NCBI GenBank assembly: GCA_008369845.1
Contig: MRSU01003506.1
Coordinates: forward strand, 1-63,191
From: Trichomonas gallinae
Taxonomy: Eukaryota
Length of the DNA: 63,191 nucleotides
Direction of reading: 5' to 3'
Positions 42,690 through 54,218 of the stretch are shown here, piece after piece. The translations under genes were made by a program, and so were the position numbers. Position 1 is the first letter of the stretch, and each line of letters starts with the position of its first letter. The notes beneath the pieces were generated by a model, which did not search any database, had not been told where the DNA came from, and saw only the letters and a program-made list of their open reading frames with translations.

Positions 42690-43173
42690 CTCTTGTCTAT
42701 TTTATGCTGAAAATTTGTTCATTGCTGCCTTCATCAGTATACAATGCTATATTTTTGATAATGCAACTGATTTATGACAAAAAACGATGAAGACCTAGCC
42801 ATAATTTATCTGCCCCTTTTTAAAATTTCTTGACAACATAATAATGTTGATTTTTCTCACCGAGTCCAGGTTCTAAATAATGGGGAAAAAAATTTATAAA
42901 AATGTGAGTTAGAGAATCTTCATATAGTGTATTCATGATCTGTCATATTTAATCGCATTGATGCCATGAAACTCTCATGCAAATTCTTCAACAAAAACAT
43001 CGTTTGAACTGAAATGTTTTCATTGAGCACAAGCAAATTGTGGGAAAAACTCTTAATGAGAGTATTTCTTTCTAAAACTTTTCTCAGCAGCAAGTGAAAG
43101 TTTATCAATCATGAGTTTTCTTTTAGGCAAAATCATATTTGAATTGAAAATAATCGTTCATGTAAAAAATAAT

Positions 43174-43186
43174 TTTGACGTGTAAA
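43174..43186. promoter_or_regulatory. Motif copy upstream of the tail-anchored protein
   Basis: TTTGACGTGTAAA, 32 nt before ATG 43218. Confidence 0.55.
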
Positions 43187-43217
43187 TTTAATTGACAAAA
43201 AAAGTAAATTTTTTATA

Positions 43218-44249
43218 ATGATCAAAAATCTTTATAAAGAACTATATGAGTGGAAATTCACTGACTCACCAAACGAATGCACGATCCAGTTCAACTTTCC
43301 TGAAACTCTAAATGCTGAATGTATCGAACACAAACTTAATTCAACCAATGAAGCAATTATCGTCACAATTGCACAGCATGTTCCAATAATATGTGGTCAA
43401 TTGTTTGCTAAGGCCAAAGACATGAAAGTCAACATCGAAAATCACACATATACCATTACAATTACTAAGGAAGAAGCCGGACCTTGGCCAATTCTCATTA
43501 AAATGATCCATCCTGAATTCCAAATGATAGATCCAAAGTCCGCCTTCATCTGCTTCCAGCAATTAAGCGCTGTTCCCGATGATCCGGATACGGCCAAGCT
43601 TGGATACCAATTTTTGGAGAACTCCGCACGTGCAGGCTACATCCTTGCCATGCAAGTTCTCGGAGGAATCCTCTTAGATACCGAAAATCGCCAAAAAGAT
43701 GGAATGGTGATGTTAAAACAAGGCGCAGACATGTATAAAGACCCACTTTGCTGCTTCCAAGTTGGTCTTCTTTTAGCTACCCAGTACAAAGACATCCAAT
43801 CTGGCATCGAATACCTAGAAAGAGCCGGAAATCTCGGTTATGGCGTTGCTTACTTCACTCTCGGCCAAATATACTCGCCAATATCTCCGTTCCAGTTTGA
43901 CCGCAAGGATCCGGTGAAATCTATGGAATATTTCAATAAAGTTCCAGAAGATGCGATTTCTCCAGCGCTTCTCTCTGAAATGGCCCAATTCTACGAACAG
44001 GGCCTTGGTGTTGAAAAGGATGAAGCCAAAGCACAAGAACTTTACGCGAAAGCCAAAGAAATGACAGAAAAAATTTTAGCTGATAACCAAATTCAGCCGC
44101 AGACCAATGAACCAACGCCTCATCCAACTCCAATGCAGCCAGATGAAGAAAAAGCGTCCACATCTCAAACATTGGCTTTCGTTGGCCTTGCAGCAGCATT
44201 TGTTGCAGGATTTGGATTTATGGCGTTCAAGAAGTTCACAAAGAAGTGA
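43218..44249 (+). CDS. Tail-anchored protein: Hsp20/CS-like N-domain + Sel1/TPR-like repeats + C-terminal TM (Tom36/Tom46-like architecture)
   Basis: YEW...IQFNFP...ICGQLF...ITITK...WPILI (CS-like); Sel1 repeat FYEQGLGVEKDEAKAQELY; TM LAFVGLAAAFVAGFGFMAF followed by KKFTKK. Confidence 0.7.
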   Translation: MIKNLYKELYEWKFTDSPNECTIQFNFPETLNAECIEHKLNSTNEAIIVTIAQHVPIICGQLFAKAKDMKVNIENHTYTITITKEEAGPWPILIKMIHPEFQMIDPKSAFICFQQLSAVPDDPDTAKLGYQFLENSARAGYILAMQVLGGILLDTENRQKDGMVMLKQGADMYKDPLCCFQVGLLLATQYKDIQSGIEYLERAGNLGYGVAYFTLGQIYSPISPFQFDRKDPVKSMEYFNKVPEDAISPALLSEMAQFYEQGLGVEKDEAKAQELYAKAKEMTEKILADNQIQPQTNEPTPHPTPMQPDEEKASTSQTLAFVGLAAAFVAGFGFMAFKKFTKK

Positions 44250-44316
44250 ATTTTGCAGTAATAGTGTAAAAATGTATATGTTTTTTTTTTCAAATAGAGA
44301 CAAAAAATAGTATAAT

Positions 44317-44673
44317 TTAATCTTTCTTTTCCTTCTTTTCTTCTTCTGCCTTCTTAGCAGCAGCTTCCTTCTCATGGAGCTCTTTGGTCTCTTCTGGGTT
44401 CAACAAGTCGTACTTAATAAGCTGGGCGATGAAATATTCGAAAGATAAGAAGAGGCAGAGTGTCAAAATGGACATGATAACGTAGTGGATGTTGTATGAG
44501 AATAAAATGCAGATCATTAAGAAGACCATTAACAAAACGAAGCAGCCTCTCAACATGTTAATCATTGGCATTCCAACTCCTGGTGTGAGAAACTTCTCAA
44601 TCCATGTCTTCTCGGAGTATGGCTTCTCTGCTACTGTTTCTGTCTTCTGAGCTTCAACTTTCTCTGTTGACAT
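44317..44673 (-). CDS. Pkr1-like ER V-ATPase assembly factor
   Basis: FLTPG motif, two TM helices joined by NIHY, then FIAQL and a charged tail, matching the Pkr1 layout. Confidence 0.65.
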   Translation of the reverse strand: MSTEKVEAQKTETVAEKPYSEKTWIEKFLTPGVGMPMINMLRGCFVLLMVFLMICILFSYNIHYVIMSILTLCLFLSFEYFIAQLIKYDLLNPEETKELHEKEAAAKKAEEEKKEKKD

Positions 44674-44740
44674 TTTTAAAAATAGTCTAGACGATCGAAA
44701 ATTTTCAAGTCCACTTTTTTCACTATTTTGACGAATTATA

Positions 44741-44754
44741 TTTTACATGGCAAA
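44741..44754. promoter_or_regulatory. Motif copy upstream of Pkr1-like
   Basis: TTTTACATGGCAAA, 68 nt upstream of ATG 44673. Confidence 0.6.
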
Positions 44755-44969
44755 ATCAATAAAAAGCATTGTTAAGAAGTTCATTAGAAATGATGAGAGT
44801 TCTTTTGACATAGTGCTATAATACTTCACATGATAATAATATAATAATTCAAGCAGATCAATGTTAGTTATATTGATTATTTTTGTATTCATAAAATTTG
44901 CAAAAAAAAAATATCTAAGATCAATTTAGTATAATAATAAAACTAACAAAATTTTATTTCATGGTCTGC

Positions 44970-47900
44970 TCATTTTTGATCAGCAATAAACGCCTGGAAC
45001 TTTGCGAGCTTCTCCTTGAAAGACAATCCTTCTTCGGCATCTAATGTTACACTGCCTCTCTTTCCCCCAACGCGCATTGGTGGATGTAGGATGTCTTCGT
45101 TCACGAAATCTGCCGTTCTCCTCCTTTGCAATTTGTTGGAGTGGTGCTCTTCTCTCCCGACGGGTGTCAGCGCTGGTTTTGGCGGGTTAGCTGTCGTCGG
45201 GCCGGAGTTGTTTTTTTGCAGAGCTTGGAATAACTTTTCGGCTGGGCTTGGTTCTCTACCTCTAGGGTTTGCTAGATTCGCACTCTGTTGTTGTTGACTC
45301 CCTGCCGGCGGTGTCTGGTTGGGGTTGGCGACACGTACTGTCTGCGGAATCCTTACACCTGGGGACATTCTGAGGCCTTGTATCTGAGAAGAGCTGTGAC
45401 CAATTCCAGATCCACCCATTCTCATTGCATTCGGTGGATATGGTCCTGGTGAGCCATTTATCAACTGCCTTATCTCAGACTGCTGGTAACCAGGCGATGG
45501 CATTCTGTTTGGATTCTGGTTGTATCCTGTCTGTACGTTCATCAGCTGTCTGAACATGTCGCCTGATGGTTGTGGTCTGATGCCACTTTGCATATTGCCA
45601 ACTGCTGGCGGTGGGTTCCTGGGGTTGTACTGCTGGCTGTATGCTGCTGGAATGCCTGGCGCTATGGCAGTGCCAATTAATTGTGGTGGCATTTGTGATT
45701 GCCTTCCTGGACTTCCTGCTGATATGAAATTAAATGGAGAATTCATCTGCATTGGGTTGTAAGATGGCGGTTGGTGTCCATAAGCTGGTGGTGGGCCTGT
45801 AGGAAGGAATGGAGCATTGCAACTTGAGAAGTTTGCTTGATTTGTAGAGATGACTGGTGGATTTTGAAACTGGCTAACCTGTGAAAGTGGCTGTGGTTGC
45901 ATTGTTGGTGAGGAATTATATTGTAATGTGCCGATGCTATTTCTTGGCTTTCCTCCCGAGTAATATGCGCCGGCTTGTATTGTTCCTGAGCTTGGCGTAG
46001 GCGGCAAAGCTGTAGATGGGCCGAATTGGTTAACAGATGGGGAATATCTTAGAGGAGTGTTAGCACTCTGCATTGATGGTATTGGTTCTGTATTTCGAGG
46101 TGTTGTATTAATAATATCGTTGTTATTATTATTCGATGTATTAGATAATTGTTTCTGATTATTTGTAACTGGATTTGGTTGAAATTTAGGCTTATTACCT
46201 TCTGCAAATGATTTCTGTCCTGATTGTTCTGAACTGACGTTCGTTTCATTCTTCATTGGTATTTCTTTAGGCTGATTGTTTTGCGAAGACTTTGTCGATG
46301 AATTTGGAGAATTTGCATTATTTTGCTTATCTGATGGAGGAGCAGGAGAATTCATGATTCTCGACGATCCCGAGTTGCCTGAAACTGGGGTTCCAAGCAA
46401 ATCTGAATTTTTGGAATTCGTTTTCTTCGGCGACTTAGGATCTTCTTCGAATTCGCACGGTGGAGTAATACTGCCTGCTGGAACAATGTCTCCCTGCCTC
46501 TTCTGTGGGAGTCTATTCGGAAGTTTCTTAAGTTGAACGGATTGAAATTCGAAAAGCGTTGGAGCTGGGAACTGTCCTGATTCTGTCCTTTGTACTTTGC
46601 GAAGCTGGACAGTAGAAATATCGATCGGAGCTCCCGTTTGCTGCTGTGGAGTTTTTTGAACGTATTCTTCTTCGTCCTTGATTTTTCCCTCCTTCTTTTT
46701 CTTCAGTCTTTCGAAGAAGGTCCTTTCCTCAGGTTTATCATCGTAATCGTTGGACATTGCAGATTTTGGCATCGATGGAATTGGGCTCTTTGAAACAGCG
46801 GGCTTTGTAGTAATAAATCCTGATCTGTTGATTGCGATTGGCATAACAGGAACACCGTATGATTTTAAGTACTCTGGAACTGAAAATTCGTCTCTGCCGC
46901 CCTTCTTTGCTTTGTCTCTTTTAGGATCATCGCCCTTGGCTTCAAGCCTGACTTCTGGTAAAAGAATAAACTGCGTTTTGCATCTGGCTTCATTTCGTTG
47001 GATTAATTTGAGTGAAATATTTGATGGTTTGTCGGATTCTGGGAAGTAGGCGTTGAATATATCGACATTTTCATCTTCTGGAGAATGAATTAATTTCAAA
47101 ACTGTTTGAGATGAAGCAATTTGCATTGTAAAATCGTCCTCTTGCTCGTTGACACGAATCGCATTATAAGCATCTTGCATGTCCTGGTAATTTGTAGATT
47201 TCGCATTTAATCCATACGCAACTGTTGATATAAAAAGTTTTTGACATCTGGCCGATAACTCGTTGTGATTTGAGATGACTGATTTGGCAAAGGCCTTTAC
47301 ATTGCTTCTCACCGCTTTTGGAAGTTCGACAACCCCGCGGAACTCAGCTTGACCAGTATCAGCATTCAAAAATACGTGAGCTTCAACGTCTCCCCAGGAT
47401 ACTATTTGAGCAAGTGCAGCTGGGATACCAATAATGAATGGAAATGGCGCTAAAATCGCGTCCTGGAGGCGAGCAGGTAGAAGCGGAATAAATGCACCAG
47501 GCCAGTGAAGTGGAAACATTAAAGAGATAAGCGCAAAGCAAACTTTGGAAAGTCTAGTAAGCGATGATGACTGTATAACTATTTTAGAGTCTGCTGCTAT
47601 GTAAGCGATTAAATTACCAACTACGTCTCCAGGAAAAATCGCTAGTAAATCTAAAACCATACTATTAATTACGAGTTGTTCTGACAGTATTGTATCACCG
47701 TGAATGTTTGGTTTCTGGAAACCAGCTGCTATTGAACAAGCTGATTTGGCATTATTTTGTTCAAACTTGGGAACAATTAATTCCATCATCTGAAGAATCC
47801 TTAGTTGATCGAAATGTTGCGAAAGAGTGCAATATGCTACAACTTGATTCTTTCTTTGATAATGCATGACGTAACCATAAGAATAATCGGTGTCTCCTTT

Positions 47901-48101
47901 CTTTATAGCGAACGTAAATTTGTCTTTGACGAAGTCTGTGTCTCCAAGTGGAAAGCAGAACCTCAAAGCATTTTTTTCATAGTCAATTTCAGGCGGGCTA
48001 ACAGGATAAACCTGTCTAGCTATGAGGGCACCAGTGGATTCTACCTCTACGCAGAGTATTAAATCAAATAACTGGGAAGATCCCTGGCAAAAATGTAACA
48101 T
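44970..48101 (-). CDS. DENN-domain protein (putative Rab GEF) with long disordered P/Q/S/N-rich C-terminus
   Basis: RFCFP, FTF, LMFPLHWPGAFIPLLP and APFPFIIGI DENN motifs. Confidence 0.88.
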   Translation of the reverse strand: MLHFCQGSSQLFDLILCVEVESTGALIARQVYPVSPPEIDYEKNALRFCFPLGDTDFVKDKFTFAIKKGDTDYSYGYVMHYQRKNQVVAYCTLSQHFDQLRILQMMELIVPKFEQNNAKSACSIAAGFQKPNIHGDTILSEQLVINSMVLDLLAIFPGDVVGNLIAYIAADSKIVIQSSSLTRLSKVCFALISLMFPLHWPGAFIPLLPARLQDAILAPFPFIIGIPAALAQIVSWGDVEAHVFLNADTGQAEFRGVVELPKAVRSNVKAFAKSVISNHNELSARCQKLFISTVAYGLNAKSTNYQDMQDAYNAIRVNEQEDDFTMQIASSQTVLKLIHSPEDENVDIFNAYFPESDKPSNISLKLIQRNEARCKTQFILLPEVRLEAKGDDPKRDKAKKGGRDEFSVPEYLKSYGVPVMPIAINRSGFITTKPAVSKSPIPSMPKSAMSNDYDDKPEERTFFERLKKKKEGKIKDEEEYVQKTPQQQTGAPIDISTVQLRKVQRTESGQFPAPTLFEFQSVQLKKLPNRLPQKRQGDIVPAGSITPPCEFEEDPKSPKKTNSKNSDLLGTPVSGNSGSSRIMNSPAPPSDKQNNANSPNSSTKSSQNNQPKEIPMKNETNVSSEQSGQKSFAEGNKPKFQPNPVTNNQKQLSNTSNNNNNDIINTTPRNTEPIPSMQSANTPLRYSPSVNQFGPSTALPPTPSSGTIQAGAYYSGGKPRNSIGTLQYNSSPTMQPQPLSQVSQFQNPPVISTNQANFSSCNAPFLPTGPPPAYGHQPPSYNPMQMNSPFNFISAGSPGRQSQMPPQLIGTAIAPGIPAAYSQQYNPRNPPPAVGNMQSGIRPQPSGDMFRQLMNVQTGYNQNPNRMPSPGYQQSEIRQLINGSPGPYPPNAMRMGGSGIGHSSSQIQGLRMSPGVRIPQTVRVANPNQTPPAGSQQQQSANLANPRGREPSPAEKLFQALQKNNSGPTTANPPKPALTPVGREEHHSNKLQRRRTADFVNEDILHPPMRVGGKRGSVTLDAEEGLSFKEKLAKFQAFIADQK

Positions 48102-50432
48102 TAATAAAGTTTAAAAAAAAAATAATCGATGAAAAAATATATATAATACCCAAATAGTTGATTTATCGATTATAAATGCAAAAACGGGAAATTTTCATGT
48201 TAAAAAACCTGGATGACTACGAGTTTTGCATTTTGAATCAATTTTACATCGTCTTTTTCTGACTTTTCGCTTGCTATTTGGCTTTTTTGTACTAAAACAA
48301 TTCTAGTTTTTAGGGTTTTGATGTTGAATAAAATGAAATAAAAATATAAAAATAATATGAATTTTGATTGGAAATATTGCCAGAGACATATAGATATATG
48401 AATAAACTAAATTCGAAAAGGTGACAAGAACGTCTTAAAAATTGATTCGAACATGGATACTGCAAATGGGCAGACTCTGGTGTGAGCTTAAGCGATCTAA
48501 AAAGGTTTTAGGCCAAAATAACTTTTGAAGACATGATGGGACAATTTCAACTGGACTCGATTCATTTGGATTTTTAATTGCTCGTTCCCTTTTGTTCATA
48601 GGATGTATATAATAAATCTCTTTTGCATTGATGAAAACAAGTGATTTTTTTTTCAGGATTTGTGGTTGAGAAAATTATTGAGCCATTGACCCATCTTTAA
48701 GTCCCGTTATTAGATCATATCAATGAATATCCTGGGATTCAAATGAATGAGCAGTTTTATTTTTTTAATCTGATCTGATCTCCTGATACCATATGGAAGC
48801 AATGGGTTATTAATATGTAACTGTGGGCAGCTAAGGAACATTTTCTTGTTAAAGGACACATAATAGATATATCTGCTGAATCAGTTTGCAATGCGATGCG
48901 AAAAAAATATGATAAGTGTGTATCAAACGTTAAGAGTGGAGATCTATCTAAATCTTTTGATTTTAAAATATATTGTCATATGCAGAAATCATGATTCGTA
49001 TTTTATCCACAAGCTTTTGAAATTTTATCATGAATTATCATTTAAGACCTTAAAATATAAAAATTACGTGTTATAAGGCGTATGTGTTATATATTTTACA
49101 AATGATAAGCTCAATCATTAATTGAAGAAAAAAAGTTGAATATTGAACTTGATAAAAAAAGAAATGTGTTGGCATAGTTTTAAACATGTATCTTAGTTAT
49201 TGTCAGCTGTGTTGATTGAAAAATATCAATAATAAACTCAAAATCGAATTTATCGTGTAATTAGGCATAAATAAGATAATATGTTGCTATTATGCCGATA
49301 TATATCATCTACAGCATATCCATACTTTAGATTTTATGAAATATTTTCCGAACAAATTTTTCATCGTATAATGAAATTTGGATAAGTTTCCAATGGTGCA
49401 AATATTTTATATAAAATCTTTATTATCATTAAATTTCACCAAATCAAACAATACTAATTCGAAGGAAATAGATTAGAAGCATAATTCATAATACTAAAGT
49501 GAACTGTATTAACTAGAAGAATATATCATGATTCATCATGTAAAATCAAACATATCCATATTTTTTGAAAACATCGCGATATTTCTCCAAAAATATTGGT
49601 ACATACCAGACAATACTGCGTCAATACATTTTCAGTGTAATATTCTAGTATTGGACTGATTTTTGTCCTAATTTCTTGAAATTTCCTCTTCGATCAAAAA
49701 GATCGGAAATGGAAATATGACGTTAAATCTTAACAGTCAATATCATATGCCTCGACATAAGCTAAAGATGATGAGTTACATTCAGAAATTGATTGAACTT
49801 CATAATCAAAATGTTGAAGATGAAAAAATATTCGAAAATTCATGATCTTAACGATAAAATGACTCGAAATTATATAATTAGTAAATAAAACATAGGCAGA
49901 ATTCAGAAAGATCAAAAAGGTGAAGGAGTTCAGTTCGAATTTCAAATTATTATTGAAATTGATCGACAAAAAACATGCATATGATCTTAATAAATATCAA
50001 ATATATTTTTTAAAAGAAAAAATATCAAATTTTGAAAACTTACGGGCGTATTAGATTCAAAATTATATTTTGGTCAGAGAATTATCATTATTAATAGATC
50101 ATTTTTAAATGTAAATTTTATTTTGAATAGAAAAATTATGGTTTCTTTCAAAAGATAATTTTTATTTCTTGTTGTCAATAAAAGCAACCATTATATCAAA
50201 TGAATAGAAAACCATGTTAAAATCTTGATGTGATGAAAAGTTAAGTGATGTCAAAATTATAAAATCTTGTATATCTAATATATTATATCAAAATGCAGTT
50301 GGGATAAATTTTTATCGTCTTTGTTCATGAAATGATATTTTTGTAGAGATTTTGGTTTATGATAAAATTAACAAAAAAATATTTAATGAAGTTTACATTT
50401 TCTCTCAGAAATTAACCAAAAATTTACTTCAA

Positions 50433-51857
50433 ATGGATCCACTGGATGGAATAAATGCTCCGCCGGCTCTTGAGCCACAGGTGGATGAGCAAGGTGATCC
50501 ACTGATTCTTGAGAATGAACCGGAAGTCTCATCTCATCACGATGACCTACCTACAGATAAAGTCGACGAATCTGGCTTACCAACATTCGAAAGCATCGAT
50601 GAGACCAACACAACAATTACAGGAGATGAACCAGTAAAAGAAGAATTCAAGACACAGAGAATTGGAAGAACAGCCACATTTTTCAATTTAATTAATACTT
50701 TGGTCGGAGCTGGCATCGTCTCCGTTCCATCGACATTCACGGCATGTGGCGTTGGTCCAACAGTTATGCTTCTCATTGCCAGTGCTTGGCTCTGTTTCTT
50801 CGGTGGTGTAACACTTGTCGGAATTCAGCGCGAAACTAGCGCCAAAGGCATAACGGAAATTGCTTATAAGATCCTAGGCAAGTGGGCTCAACACACAGTT
50901 TCGATTTTCCAGCTGATTTTCTGTTTATCATGTACTGTTGCTTACCTAATCATCGGTGCGAACCAGGTTGTGTCATGGCTGAAGCTCGCCAAGCTCAATA
51001 TGGACGGCCTTTGGAAGTGGGCGCTCGTTGTATTAATCTATTGGTGTGTTTTACCGGGAATTATGACATTCCCAAGGCATATGACGTGTTTGTCGAAGTT
51101 TGCCATTCCATCGGTGTTAGGAGTTATCCTATATTTCATTGCAATTATTATTCGCGCTTCTCAAAAATTAAGTCTTCCGGATTGCCCACCTGAAGATACC
51201 ATCGGTATCAAGTTTGGTATGGGCTTATTTACGTCTTTCGGAGTTCACGCTTTAACTTTCTCGCTACAAGTTGTTATGATGCCAATTATCACGCCATACA
51301 ACCCATCAGTCCGCAAGAGAGTACGCATTATCGGTTATACATTCATGTCCTGCTTCCTCATTATCGTTGTTCCAGGTCTACTCGGATATCTTATGTACGG
51401 ACAGTCAACATCATCTGATGTTCTCTCTTCTTTCCCAGACAACGATATTTTGATGATCTTCGTTCGTATCGGTATGTTTATCTCAGTCAGTGCTTCTTAC
51501 CCTGCAATTGTTGTTTCTATGGTTGCATCACTCGGTGGCATGATTTGGAATGAAAGTTTACCAGAAGAAATGCCAACAAAGCACAGGCTTATCCTTATTC
51601 CATCAATTAACGCGGTCGTTGTTGCGATTGCAATTTTCTTGAGCGATATCAAACCAATTCTCGGTGTTGGTGGTGCTCTCGGTGGTTGTATTGTCGGATT
51701 TGTTTTCCCGTCTCTTTGCAGGCTTGTTCTTCGAACACAACCTCTAACTCACTGGATCAGCATCCTTCACATAATATTTGTTATTTTCGGCATTGTTGCT
51801 TCAATTCTCTGCACATATTCATCTGTTAGCGATGCCATTATAGCTTTCTCTAAGTAA
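50433..51857 (+). CDS. Amino acid transporter (AAAP/SLC38-like, Aa_trans)
   Basis: FFNLINTLVGAGIVSVP, GLLGYLMYG and GALGGCIVGFVFPS; ~11 TM. First ATG at 50433. Confidence 0.93.
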   Translation: MDPLDGINAPPALEPQVDEQGDPLILENEPEVSSHHDDLPTDKVDESGLPTFESIDETNTTITGDEPVKEEFKTQRIGRTATFFNLINTLVGAGIVSVPSTFTACGVGPTVMLLIASAWLCFFGGVTLVGIQRETSAKGITEIAYKILGKWAQHTVSIFQLIFCLSCTVAYLIIGANQVVSWLKLAKLNMDGLWKWALVVLIYWCVLPGIMTFPRHMTCLSKFAIPSVLGVILYFIAIIIRASQKLSLPDCPPEDTIGIKFGMGLFTSFGVHALTFSLQVVMMPIITPYNPSVRKRVRIIGYTFMSCFLIIVVPGLLGYLMYGQSTSSDVLSSFPDNDILMIFVRIGMFISVSASYPAIVVSMVASLGGMIWNESLPEEMPTKHRLILIPSINAVVVAIAIFLSDIKPILGVGGALGGCIVGFVFPSLCRLVLRTQPLTHWISILHIIFVIFGIVASILCTYSSVSDAIIAFSK

Positions 51858-52489
51858 TTTAGTTATTAGTCAGTAAATATATATTATTTATTAGCGACCA
51901 ACATTATTTTCATCCAATTGAATGTAATATCATTGACCATTTATCAATAAAATCATGAATTTGAAATTTTATATTGTGATGAACTTTCAAAATGTGATTA
52001 ATCAAGAATATACCATTAGATGAGATGATACGATGAAAATAGTCGAAATTAAAGTCTTCAATTTGACTTTTTATTTTTAAGAAAATACTAAATATTTTAA
52101 ATGATTTTTTGGAATTTTTCGAGTTTTGACGATTATTTCTTGCTCAAAATCAGAAAATATTTAATGAAAACATCATATTTTAGCGCATAATGTAGATTTA
52201 TGATTCAAAAAACTATGCTATGCATTAATAAATTTTCAAAAAAATAATATTATCATTGAAAATAGTTGTTATTGTATATATTATAAATAGCACTGAGATA
52301 ATGAAATAAAAATATAGTTTCTTGACCTATAATTTATTCACATATGCTTTTTCTAAATCGATTCTCGATGGTTTTCAACACTTTATTCATGAAACTTGTA
52401 ATATTAGTTTGTTATATATATGCATGATGATGGAAGGAAATAGTTATGGATTGCTGACGTATTTTTTATTCATACATAATATTTCTAAT

Positions 52490-53917
52490 TTATTCAGTTT
52501 TGTTTTCTACATCTTCTGTCTTATTTTCGCTATTTGGCTCATCATCTGAAACTTCGATATTCAAAATTTCGCTGTTGATTGAGCCGACTTCTGGATTCTC
52601 AGAGTCAGTATTGTCTTCGAGCAAATTGCTTTCGTCCTGCGATTTCTCTGCAACAGAGTGGTTATAAAGGAAGATGGCGAACAAAGCTCCCCATCCAAGT
52701 ACCATAGCTGTCCAAATAACGTAAGCTTGCACTGCGTAATTCTTGGAAAACCAGACAATGAGGAAGCAGAGAAAAGCTGTTGGCAACTTAACAGTCGTCA
52801 TGATGTAGTTCCTGATTCTTCCAGGGTAGAACATCTTCCTCAGCTGTATAAAAATGCCTTGAGATGCAGAGATGACAGCTGATGATAAGCTGAGTAGCAT
52901 AAAGACGGCAATTTTGTTCTCGTAGTGCAAATAAATTAAAATCATCGCACAACTGGCAACTAATAAGAATAAGACAGCCCACAATGTAACAGGCAATGAA
53001 TCTGATACCTGAGAGAATATTTGAGCAGCAATCAGATCTAAAACACCAAAAGATCCTTGAACATATCCCATTGGTGGCTTATGAGAGGAAGTGAACAAAA
53101 ATGCAGCCATATGATGCGACAATAAGTTTATTGCCATGGCAAAAGCAATATCTACCATAACGATAATGATGTTTGCTGGCTTTTCTGTAAAGAATAATTT
53201 CAAATCTGAAAAATCACCGATCAGAGTCTTTTCTTCCGGTTTCTGTTGTAGATGTAGTAAGTAAACTATCAAAACTATGGCGCAAAGTGGAGTTGTTATT
53301 CCGAATGAATAAATTGCTTCGATTCCGTATGTTTTAACGATTTTCTGGCTGATAGGAGATGTAACTGAACTAACTAATAATGATGACATAACGCGAAATT
53401 CATTAAAAATGTAGTTCGAATTATATTCTGGTGGCAGAAGTAATTCTTCGGTCATCCAGTAGTCCATAAGTGCCATCATTGATGTGGGCATAGCAATTCC
53501 TTGCAAACAGCCGGCAATGACGAATAATAAGTATTTGTTTGTAAATGCTAAAATTATTGAGTTAAAGCAGTATATTAATGTAACAAACACACACAGTGTT
53601 GCATGACCTAGCTTTTTAAGTAGCAGTGGCATGATAATATTCCATATTGCGACAAATATATTTGCATATCCAAAAATTTCTGCGATTTCGGAATGTTTGA
53701 GACCTTTTTCGAGATATAGTTGGTATTTGTATGGTACTTGTAAATGAAAGACGAAAAATATTGAACATTGGCACGCAAAAAATCTGACCAAAATGGTTTT
53801 CAAGTCGTTTGGAATCGCTGATCCTGTAATGCATCTCCTGTACAACGCCACAACAATTGCAATGCTCAAAAAGATCCAAAAAACCCAAACAACAACATCA
53901 TCTAATTCAACATTCAT
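52490..53917 (-). CDS. MFS transporter, MFSD5/molybdate-anion-transporter-like
   Basis: Extra N-terminal TM, LQVPYKYQLY...G....EIAEIF, and LRKMFYPGRIRNYIMTTVKLP; ~13 TM. First ATG at 53917. Confidence 0.75.
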   Translation of the reverse strand: MNVELDDVVVWVFWIFLSIAIVVALYRRCITGSAIPNDLKTILVRFFACQCSIFFVFHLQVPYKYQLYLEKGLKHSEIAEIFGYANIFVAIWNIIMPLLLKKLGHATLCVFVTLIYCFNSIILAFTNKYLLFVIAGCLQGIAMPTSMMALMDYWMTEELLLPPEYNSNYIFNEFRVMSSLLVSSVTSPISQKIVKTYGIEAIYSFGITTPLCAIVLIVYLLHLQQKPEEKTLIGDFSDLKLFFTEKPANIIIVMVDIAFAMAINLLSHHMAAFLFTSSHKPPMGYVQGSFGVLDLIAAQIFSQVSDSLPVTLWAVLFLLVASCAMILIYLHYENKIAVFMLLSLSSAVISASQGIFIQLRKMFYPGRIRNYIMTTVKLPTAFLCFLIVWFSKNYAVQAYVIWTAMVLGWGALFAIFLYNHSVAEKSQDESNLLEDNTDSENPEVGSINSEILNIEVSDDEPNSENKTEDVENKTE

Positions 53918-54010
53918 AAATTTATTACTCAAATTCCAAAACTTCTCCAAACACAACGCCAAAATATTTCACTAACAAATGATTTGATTCTCCAATTTCG
54001 ACATAATCAT

Positions 54011-54218
54011 TTTGACATGTAAATTCATTTTTTTTGTCATTAATGATTTCTATAACTAATCATCCAATGCAGGACAGTAGCTCTCATTAATACTGTTTGA
54101 AATCAAAGAGTAGTTTATCTTGAATAATTGTGCTTAAATATGAATGTTGACTTGATTAGTTGTGAATATGAATGAATGGATAAAAATATTATTTTGATTC
54201 TGACATTTGTCACGTAAA
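54011..54218. promoter_or_regulatory. Two motif copies between the MFS transporter and the Pmp-like gene
   Basis: TTTGACATGTAAA at 54011-54023 and TTTGTCACGTAAA at 54206-54218. Confidence 0.55.

Noticed and set aside
42920..43108. 62-aa intergenic ORF
   Set aside because: TTG start and no recognisable motif.
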